Source: Raillietiella orientalis (lineage: Eukaryota). Taken from it: a DNA stretch of 64,000 nt. A program made the position numbers and the translations under genes. The stretch covers positions 2,604,001 through 2,668,000 of the forward strand of contig JAYWIR010000002.1 of the NCBI GenBank assembly GCA_036172245.1, given 5' to 3'. Positions 24,083 to 34,560 of the stretch are shown here, piece after piece. Numbering within the stretch: position 1 is the first letter of the stretch; every line of letters starts with the position of its first letter. The notes under the pieces are model-generated. The model searched no databases and had not been told where the DNA came from. It was given only the letters and a program-made list of their open reading frames with translations.

Positions 24083-24375
24083 AAGACTATGGGATAGGTC
24101 GCGGGCAGACTGACGGGGAAAGTCCGAGGGGATGCACATCTTCCAACACTAGTCACAGCAGCTACCCGTCTCCCTACAGTTCCGCGGCGCAATTCTCGTC
24201 CACCTCCATATTGCAAGGATCATCGCGTAAGGGGACTTGCGGGTTTTCCGGAATGACGGTCATTCCAGGGATGGGCTCTTTAGTGTCCACGCCCTTCTCC
24301 AACATCAACCCTTTCGGCCTGCCCACTTGCAACACCCAGATGTACGGGAACGCCCTCATTACCTCGGCGAAATGA
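24083..24375 (+). CDS. kn: COE terminal coding exon (may contain a 42-nt in-frame intron, 24227-24268)
   Basis: ttttag| (E)DYGIGRGQTDGESPRG...NINPFGLPTCNTQMYGNALITSAK TGA(24373-24375). Confidence 0.85.
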
Positions 24376-24712
24376 CATCGCTCCCCTCCCCCCCGGCGCT
24401 CTTCCGGACCCTCGTGCCCCGCAGGGAAACCCTCCTCCTCCGCCGACCTCCGGGCAAAGATAGCTCGCCGCCTCCAAAGACCTCTCTCCAAAGTGTCGCC
24501 TTTTCTTTTTGAGAATGTTGTGCCAAAGATTTTTAGGTTTATTTTAGAAGACAGTCTATATTTATCCACGACACTGTGTCATAAGTCTGGTTACTCTACG
24601 GTGGCTTCTGAGACGTCGCTCCAGATGCCAAAGAAGAACACGGTCTCTCCGACGAGGCCATTCCGATGATCTCAGACATAAATAGCTTACATGACATATC
24701 ATTAGATAGTTG

Positions 24713-24718
24713 AATAAA
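24713..24718 (+). terminator. candidate polyadenylation signal AATAAA for COE
   Basis: First AATAAA downstream of the stop codon, in an AT-richer patch. Confidence 0.45.
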
Positions 24719-27700
24719 AGGATTAATGAATCGTAGGGGCTTCTTGTCGTAGGGCTCATGGGGGTCAGCTCCACCTCTCAAGGTGCAAGAGCGCTAGAAT
24801 TTCCCGAGGATGGACGCGTTCTCTGCGGGACAGCTCTTCGTCCTTCCTCTCCTAGGAGGGGGTTTTCTCGTCCCGGATCGCTTCCTTCCCCCCCTTCCTC
24901 TTGCACGCACCATCGCGCGCTGCTCCCGGCAGCAAGGTGATCCCGAAGCTAAGTGCAGCAAATGCGGAAGGATCCAAAGATTCCCTCTCTGTACTGGAGA
25001 GGGGGGGAGGAGGTCACCTCCTGCCAAAGAAGGCCTGTAGCCTTCCTTCCACCCAAGGGATGGTTTCACCGGGGCTTCAGGGGGAGCCTGAAACGTGAAG
25101 GTGTTCTGCGTGGTCCATCAACAAGTGGCTTCTCTCTTGCACTTCCGAGGTGAGGGGACTCCCTCGTCGAGAGTAAGACCACTGCATACGGTCATGTTGT
25201 GGAAGCCAGGACGCACCCCCCTCCCCTCCTCTTCTTCCCGATCATTCCTCAGATGTACTGGAATGTCTAGTAGAAGGTTTTTCTGTGGAGTTGCGTGTTG
25301 TGACACGTTCTTCAAGGAAACAGCCACTGGATGGATGGCCTGAGGAGAGCAACACAACCTTCTCCAGTCTTTCCTTATCAACGGGGCTACCAATCGGAAG
25401 TGCCTCTAGAACCTTGGGGGGATGCTGGTTCCAGGAGGGGGGGAAGGCAAAAAAAAAGTCCCGGGTCTTCCTACCAAGGCACACGCGAGAGGGAGCGATT
25501 GGTGGGGTGGCACGTGTGAGGAATGGCTGGAGAAAGGAATAGGGTCTGAGGGGGAGAAGGGAACCTCGCGGTTCTGCTCCTTGGAGCTTGCCTTCCCGGG
25601 AGAATGCCCCGAGTGCGACACCCAAAGGGAAGCTGAGCGACTCCGGTGCCTTCCCCAACCATTATTCGAGTACCCGAGACTTCCGGGAACCCACGGCCGA
25701 CGTTTCTGAGGCTGGAGAACGCACTTTCGACAGCTTGCTGACCCTGTAGGCTTCCTCCCTCGTTCCCTCTCCTCCCCTTATCCCCCTTCCGCGTTTGCGA
25801 CAAAGCCAGGAGGGTGGGTTACGTCTTCGATCTGCTCATGCGATCGCGCCGCCCCCCTCAAGGGCGGGTGGATCGTCCCGCACGGACATCGCGTCTTCCC
25901 TCCCTTGGGATCTTCCTCCCTATTACGAAATGCCGTGTCATCTCATTCGGTGCTTTCGGCCCCTTCCTATCTGCAGCAAAGGGAGGAGGGAAGAAAGGGA
26001 GTGGGAGGAGGAGGAAACGGGTCCTGAAAAAGTGGCTGGAGGGGGACACGTCCCTTTTCCTCTGGATGGCACCTCTGGCGCAAGGGAGCACGTCTTGGGC
26101 GGCTCTTCCAAGGAGCATGGCGACCACTCGCAAGCGCTCAGAGCTCTTTCTGGTACCGCTCAGGCTCAGGGATGTAGGAGCGCTGCCGGAGGACCTCCAA
26201 CTTCCAGCCCGCGAGCTCGGATCACCTCCTTTCCCCTCTTCTGGGTAGACCACATGCCCTCTGACTTTCCTTACAGGCAAGAAACATAAGGCGCGCTAGG
26301 CGTGAGGTCAGTGCGCTAACACGAGACTGAGACCAATAGAAAAGGAATGGGCAGTTGCTTTAGTCATGCAACCGGCTGGCGCGTGGGTGCTGGTGCTGGT
26401 GGGCAGTGGTTGCGGGAATCGAGTTGGAACCCGGAGGAATCCATGCCATGTGCATGGGAAGGCGACCTCGCCCTTATCTCTCGTTGAACCACTCCGCACA
26501 CAGACGCAATCGGGTAGGGGAAAAGAGATCTTTTGCATCACGTGGAGGTTCCCTCCCTCGCAACTAGGAAGTGATGTAAGGGCTTTCCAGAGTCTCAGAG
26601 GGGCGCCAAGACCGATCCCGCGGGTATTGCCCCGTCATCGCTCCTCCCTCTCCAGGGACCGCGATTACAGGCAGTGGAGGGAGTATAAAGGAGAGTTGAC
26701 ACTTGCGTTTCGAGAGAGGGGAGGATCCATGAAGTGATCACCTCATCAAGGAACAAGGTGCTTACCCCGGCCTCGAGGACCACGAGGGTCCCCGCGCACC
26801 TGGCTCCAGAGCCCAAAGAGAGCCAATGGCGCTCCTGAAGCGTTCGGCATTCCAACCGACTCTTCGGGGCACAGCGGGTCACTCTCCCGGGCTCTGGGAT
26901 TTGGTGTGCAACCCCCTGCGAGTTCAGGGGAAGCGCGTGACTTCCTTCAAGAGCCCCCTGCTGCTCCGAGGACGCGAAGATGGTGTCCCGAGGGAGAAGT
27001 CTCTGGAATCCCTTCCTCACCTCTTCAGATCCTGGGCTCTTTTGGCAGCTTCTACGAGCCCTCAACGGAGCTGCCACCGTCTCCTTTGTCCGGAGAGGAG
27101 GGTGTCTGGGGAGGGGATCAGATATTCTTGCTCTCTACCTAGAGAAAATCCCTCTTTCTTCCTTTTTCACCCTCCTGGCTCCCAACGCGGCGTTGCTGCA
27201 AAAACCGGGAAGGGTGAAGTCACGTCCTCAGGTTTCCCCCTGCCTCATCTTCACCCCCTCTCCTACCCTGACCGTCCGTAGTGCGAGGTGCTCCTGCGGT
27301 CCCAAACCTCGCAAGTCACGTGACCACTCCCAGCAGCGCTCATTCGTGCCCAGTGCCGTCAGCTTCGATGTTGCTGCAACCGCTCTCTCCCCCATGTACC
27401 TTCCGACGTCGTCACGCGTCTTCGGGGTCAGGTCGACTCTGGTTAGGTACCCTGGGAGAAAAAAGGACTTCCTCAAGGTAAAGGTGCGAGAAGGAGCGGG
27501 ACAGGTTCCTGGGGGGAAATCGAGGGGGCAGGTTCCTGCCTCCTAGACGGGATTGAGGGCTGCTGCTGGACGTGGAGAGAGCAGGGAGGCCTGAGGGAGT
27601 CGCGTGCGATCTTCCCATGTCCTCTCCCTCGCTTCACGCGAGGGAATGCAAATATCCCCGGGCCTGCCGTAATTCGATTTCCAGGGATGACGCACTTTGA

Positions 27701-30700
27701 CATCCTGTAATCAAATTCTGACTCGGGATCCCGTCACCCAAGAAAAGCCGAGGGAAGGAAAAGAGAGCGTCCGCTCCCGTTTTTGCATTTGCGTCCTGGA
27801 ACGGCTGCCACTTGCTGTTTTTCCGGGATTTGAAAAATGGTTCCCACCTCGCGAAAAATCTTTCCTGGCGCTTCCGCGTAATCTCTTTTAATCAATTACC
27901 CGGATTTCCTGTAGAGCCGGGAGACTTAGGAAACGTAACGAGAGGGATTCACCGGGATTCGGCTGATCCGACGGCACTAATTGAATGTGAGGAGCGCCTC
28001 CCCGACTCTGGGAGACGCGGGAATAGCCCGCCGCGGATGCCGGGCAAGCCACGGAGCTCTCCCGGAGACTCCAGGAGCGCAGGATGCATTGAAGGGAAGC
28101 GGCGGCGCGGCAGAGAGGTGTAATCCTCTGGATTAAGTCCCGGAAGCCGCGGTGCCCGGCACTCCTCCCAGCTCCATTTGTCGACGAGCGCTCTTCCCGA
28201 TTGACGGTGTTCCGTTTTTCGCTCCCCCTTCTTTTTTTCGTCTCCCGTCTCTATTCGTAGGAAGGAAGAGGAGGCAGGAAACCGAAAGCTACCGCTGCTC
28301 CTCCCCATTCGCTGACGGTGGCCCCCCCTCCATCAGGCAGGTTCTGCTTCCGCGGTGTCATTGCCGCTTCTACACTCCTCTTCCTGGTGGGCGGACGGCG
28401 TGTGAGAGGGAGAAGAAAAGGGGGAGGAAGGAAGCAGGTGGAAGAGGAAGGACAGGAAGTGGAAGATAGGAATAGGAGGAGGAGAAAAGGGAAGGTGCTG
28501 CCTGGGGGCGGCCGCGGTAGTCTCGCCATCGAGCGTTCGTGCGCTCCAGTCCTGCGCGGATCCGGGAGGAAGGGAGGGAAGGAAAAGGACGACCCCGCGC
28601 TCCCTCCAGCAACATGGGCAGAGCCCCTAAAGGGTTCGGTAGAGTTCCTCCCCATCCATTTCCCCGAATGCAGCATCCCTTCCTCTCCTCGGGGAGGGAC
28701 GCAGCAACTGGGCCGGATCAGGAGGCGAGACGACCGCCCGCGGCGGGAGCGTCCCGGCTGGAAAGGAGGGGGATCGATGCCACCTCGAACGACACAACTG
28801 GGATGAGGGGGGATGAATCCACTCCGGAGGATCGCGGTCGGCGCGTGGGGCGACGCAGCCGTCGTATCCAACGCGACGCTTCCTCTCCCGCTCCCCCTCG
28901 TCAAGCGGTGACGGCGCGCTAGGTGCCCAGAGGTTCCCTTTTTTGCGCAGTCGGCCGAGCTGCGCACAAGATTTGAGGAGCAGCGGCAGTGGGAAGGGAA
29001 AGCCACACTCAGGTAAACCAGGGAGCGAGCAGAGGTTCGGTTGGCATGGTCATCGAGTGCGCTAGCAGAGCCGCGTTCTAAAGAAGGGGAAAGGGAGGGT
29101 GGGTGCACAGGAAGGGGAAAAAGTGGAGCTGCGCACCTGCTTCGCCCGCGTCTCCCCGAAAGGGGAAGCGGAGAGGGGGACCTGCGGCTTCCCGCAGATT
29201 GCGTCCCCATTTTTTAGGAGATGCCTTCGACCGAGTAGGACGTCTTCACGGGAGCGAGGCGTCCGTGTCCATCCAACCAGTTCCGGAGCCGCGGATAGTC
29301 GCCTCCCACAGGAGTCGCACTAGTTCTCCCGGAGCTCCCCGAGAGGGAGCTCTCTTTCAGACGAATAATACGGCGACGGGGGAGTCCCGGACACCGGAAT
29401 CCTTTTGGTGCTTCCCCGAAGGGGACGGAGAGGATGACGAAGAAGCTCTTCCGGTCGTGCTCACCCAGAAAGGTGGCTCGTTCAGCTTTTCCTAGGAACC
29501 GCGAAGGGACCATTCCGCTTGCGGGTTTTGTGTGCCGAACTACGAAGCTGTAAGGGTATAGGGAATCGACAGGATCGTCGGGAACTCCAAAAAATCGGTC
29601 CGGGAGAATCCTCCTCCTTCTCAGTCTACCCTTCGTCCCCAGAAATTTCTCGGGAAAGGGAGGGAGGGAGTTGGCAAGGGTTCCGTGGGAGGAAAAGAAG
29701 GAAATAAAAAAAGCATTTTCTTGGCTTGGGAGGGGAGAACGCGGACGATCCCATCCTATTAGGAGAGGGCAGAGAGGTCCTCTCGATCCCAGTCCGGAGG
29801 TAGGGAAGATCTCCGGTTGCCCCTTCCCGCCCACGGAGTTTCCGACAAGACGCGCGCCCGGAAGGAAATCGTCAAAAGGCGATACCCGAGAAATATTCGC
29901 GAGTCCTTCCTCTCCAGTTCGGGAAGGGTGTCGATTGCAGCTTTTCTCCCCTGCTCTGCTCCCGAGGCTGCAAGTTGGCGACGCCCTCTCCCTGGAGCGA
30001 AGTCGGCAGCGATCCCTAATCTTCCCGTTGCGCCTTGGATGAAGCGGGAAGAATCCAGGCACCCCTACGTGGGAGCATGAGGTTTTCCCTCTGCGGGCCT
30101 CCTCCCTTGATAGGTTCCCTGGTTCTCGCCCCCAACTCCCTTTTGCAGGCGCACGTCTTCTCCAGATGGATGGCGGCCAGCGGCAACGAAAACTCCTTAG
30201 GGGGATCTTCGCAAGCAGTCACCGAGGGAGGACGCTGACCAGGATCACAGGTCCGTCTGATCCATCCCTCACTTCCCTCGATCTCTTCTCCTCGATCGTG
30301 AGGACAAGCGATTCCCGAAAATTTCCACTCAACTGCTTTCGCTCCTTCCTCTTCTCCCGAATTCTTCCTGAGTTGCTCCTCCCGAAGAGAAATGTCATGA
30401 CGCGGTTTAGCTTCTCTTCCCTCCCCGCCTTTTTTCCCTATCCGGGATAGTCCGGTAGGTCTCGCGGGAGAGCAAGGATGAAGGTGTTCTTCCAGAGGGA
30501 CCTCTGTCAGGGGTTCTTCTTGATCTCCCGGAGCCTCGAAGCCCGTCCGCGAGTCCCAGACTGTCCCGGAGCGCACTTTGGGGTCCTCTCCTGTTCCTCT
30601 GGACAGATCGTTGGCGGGAAAGGAGGGAGGAAAGACCGCGGAGGGCGCGCAACCGATATATGGGAGAGCTGAGACCTTCCTAGATGGAGGAGGAGTCCCT

Positions 30701-33700
30701 CCTGCCTCCCTGGAGTGGTGAGGGTTTCCAGGAGCTTGCCTCTGCTCCAGGCTCACGAAGAGGTGGTGAGCTCCCCGTTCCCGGAAACTCTCGCAGGGAA
30801 GTGTCCTCCTCTTCCCCTACTGCCCGCATCCCAAACCGACGAACGAGAAACTTCCGACGGGCACGTTCCTTTCCCAGCGTCCAGGATTTTCCCGATCGCT
30901 CATTCCCGAAAAAAGGCCGTCTGCCACGAAACAGCGGGGAATATGAGAAGACGGGGGAGGGGAGGGGGAGGACAAACAACGGCGGCGGTTCGGCCCCATT
31001 TTTTTTTTTTTTCCTCTCCCATCTTTTCCACTTCCACTCTGGCTCCCGCTGGAAAGGCACGAGCGCGCGTCGCTCACACTCTCCCCCTTCCCTCGAACTG
31101 CAGGGTCCGAGAAGGGTGCGCCTCAGTTCCCTCCCACCGCCCTTTCCCGCTCGCGCCCAGAGTCCCGGCGGGGGACGACAGGTTTGTGCCGTGCCCGAGA
31201 CCCCTCGCCGAAATCGAGTTCTTCCTTCCCTCTCTCTTCCCTCTTCCGGGGCCGACCTGCACGGTAGATCAGTCCTGCAGTCTCCCTCCCTTTCCTCCCT
31301 CCTTCCACACCTCCCCACCCCATTCTCCCCTTTCTTTTTGTTTTGTTTCACCCCCTCCCCCCTGCTCTCCCTCCTCGTCCGCCCTCGTGCGGCTGCTCGC
31401 TTTTTCGGGGAAACTCTCGGCTCGCCTCAGAACGCGCCTCCCCTCCACTCCCAAACTGCGAAGAGAGGGGGGGCACGGGAGCACATCGGAAGCCCAGAGG
31501 TCGCTCGAGAGAAGGGGGGGGGAGCGAGAGCGATGTCTGCGCCTCCATGGGGACTTGCGGAGAGGGGATTGGCGATCACGCTCCGGCCGGACCTCGATTT
31601 GCTCCCGAGCATACACGGGGACGGGAGTTGGCTCCGGATGGCGGGGGGGAAGGGGGGTGGTTTCTCGTTTCCTTCGGGAGACGGGAGCGTCCTCTGCTCT
31701 CCTCTCGCGGGACGGCTTCCGCAGCTCTCACGACGACCTGCGAGAGCAGAGATGCGGGGTAAGTCGAGATCAACTCTCTCACCCCTTTCCAAACACGGCG
31801 ATTTCCCCTCCACCTCCTTCCTCCCCGATGTCATCCAGGAAGCCTCGGGCCCTCCCAGCGCGGCTCCCAGCTACGTGCGCAACGCACGACCAGTGTTCTC
31901 CCGCCGCTGTGCCCGCGTGCATGGCCTGCGGGACCGTCCCCCAGGACGCTCTCGGGGCTTTTGTTATCAAGGGATTAGCAGGAAGGAAAAAAAAAAAAGA
32001 AGAAAAAAAGATCGGTAGGGTCACGAGTGAGAGAGCAGCTCAAACAAATGCCGCAAGAGTTTCCATGGAAACGTGTGCATCTCTGGAATGGGATCCGTTG
32101 CCTGGCTTGAAAAGAGGGAGGAAGTGGGGTGGAAACCTGTCCTTTTTCTTCTTCCTCTTCCAGGTTTCCTAAAAAAAAAAAGAGAGAGAGAGAGGGGAGG
32201 GAGAAGAAACGAAGAGATAAAAAAAACTCGCCTGTGTTCCCCCAGTCCCTGTCCCCACGAGGTGGATCCGTGAAGACCTCCACAAGTCTTTCCATCCCCC
32301 CCTCGCCCACCTGGAGAATCTTCTCTCCCCCGAACGCGCACTCTTCCTCTTTCGAGTTCTCCGCCTACTCTCCGACAACACCTGCTGGTGAGGGGAGGGT
32401 CGACCGCGGCCTCCGCCGACCCTCTCCTTGCTTGCTCTCTCCCATTCTGCTTGCACGAGAGATGGGGACTTCCCAACTGAGGGGTGAGAAATTCCGGCAT
32501 CCCCTCACGCGCACCCCCTGATTTTTCGCCTCGCTTTCCTCTCTCTCTGCCTCTCCCATTCCAATTCCTTCTTTCCTCCTCCTGGAAGCGCGCACTCCAC
32601 CCGAGGAGGGATTGAAGCAAGCCGTTTGGGCCAGCGAACCAACCTCCCCGGCTCCCCTCTTCCCCTTCTTCCCTAATCCCCTTCCTTCCCCGGTGCGTAC
32701 AGTACAGACCCTCAGGTCTTTTCACATAGACGGTGGCTGTCCCCCTCTCCCTCTTCTCTTTCCACCGAGGAAAAGGAAGGGGAGCGGACCATCTACCTCC
32801 GAGAACAGAAGAGCTCACTCGAGGCCGTTTTCGTCGCTTTCGTTCCCAGGTGGTCCCGAAGCAGAAGGAACCTGGCTTGATCCGGCTAAGTCTTCCTCTT
32901 CCCCCACCTCCACAGTGGGACCATTAGATCCGAAGCAGAAGGATCGCATGGAGCGAAGGAGGACCTGGGATGAAAAACTTCCTCCTTTTTCTCCGAGTAA
33001 AATGTCCCGTGCGCCCCCTCCTAGGCGGAACCTAGGGACAGGTCTGGAACTCCCTTCCGGGATTAGAAGGTTCTGCGCCCTGAAGACAGTCCCGGCCCCG
33101 GGAGAGACTCGGAGCGCGTCCTGCGTTGTGGAGAAGTTGGCCGAAGGATCTCTCGAGGGAAGTGAAGAATAGTCCCCCAGGATTCATCTTCCGGGAAGGA
33201 GGGACGGCAGTGGGAGAGAGTCATAATCGGGAAGGAACGCCCAGATGAAGGGGAATGACGGAGGGGGGCGAAAAGGAAGACGCCCAGACGATGAGGAGCT
33301 CCCGCCCTTCTTTTCACCTGGGAGTCCTCCACGAAGACTGGACGCTTCGGCGCATTTCCGGAGGGCGAACGCGAAGGACGGCTTCGCTCCCGCGCAGCGG
33401 GGCGCGGGCACCTATGCTGATCGCATCGACAACGGCTGGAGAGCGTCGGTGAGTCTGGTGGGCGCGGGGAAGCGGAGCACTAGAAGCACCCTCAAGGGTC
33501 CAACCCAACCAGCCGAAGATGGTCATCGCCTTCTTCGGTCCGGAGGTGGCTGTCCTGCCCGTCGGCCTTTTGCCCTCCGAAGACCCCATCCTCCTCCTCC
33601 TCCCTTCTCCATGCACCTTCAGGATTCTAGTAAGCAAGGAGATCGGGCTTGCCCTCTACCGCGGAGAGGGATCTTCAGCGGGTAGCGCGCCGTCAACGAT

Positions 33701-34269
33701 GCCCGGGAGCGTTTCTTTCCTGCTTCAACGACTCCCTTTGCTCTTCCCCCAGGGAAAGCCCCTTCTCCCCCTCAGCTCGCTCGTGCTCCTCCCGAGACGT
33801 GGGACGCGGATGGGCAAAGGGGGTTGCAGAATACCGGATCCGCGCATCGCTCACGGAATAAACCGGCACGTGCGCCCGGAAAAACCGGAAGGCCGGTGGT
33901 CTCGGCGGGATCGGCTCCCGTCCTTCCCTCCCCCCATGTCCTCCGCGGGGAACTGCCGCCACCACTGGCCGGAGGGTGGGGTGGGGTGGGGGTGGGGTGG
34001 AGGGAGGCCAGTTCCCTTTTCTCCTCTTCGAATCTCTGGGGAGCTCTCTCCTGCAAAAGGGGCGCGCGGAAGAATCGAAGCGGGTGGAGGCGTCATCGCT
34101 CTCGAGGAAGGAAAATCGGCGGCGGCGGCGGCTAGGAGAGAAGGAGGAGCAGCAGCAGCAACAGAAGAGCTCGATCCGGAGGATTGAGTCATCCTCCTCC
34201 GGGCACCTCTCGCCCTCCCTCACCAGGCGCGCGCGCACGAGCGCACGCCAAAGTCCGGGACGGGCCTCG

Positions 34270-34560
34270 GCGCGCCAATCATAAATTAGCCCGCTCGGTT
34301 CCATCGCATTTCCTTCCGTCCACGGCGAGCCATATGCACCTAATAAAAAATTCCGCGCCATAATTAAGTTGGAGAGGGACCTGCCTACAATGATAAATCA
34401 AGTAAATAATTAATGTCAGCAGTATGGGTGCTTTTTTGAGGAGCGCTCGAAGTCTCCTAATAAATGCCATATGGCTGCCGGCGAGCGCTGCCGCAGAGGA
34501 CGGGTACAGCGATTCAGCATCAGGATTCCCGAATTAATTCGCACGGAATAATGGCTTCGT
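34270..34560. promoter_or_regulatory. candidate enhancer (homeodomain site cluster and CATATG E-boxes)
   Basis: AT-rich island in GC-rich DNA: TCATAAA, CTAATAAA x2, TAATTA x2, CATATG x2. Confidence 0.55.
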
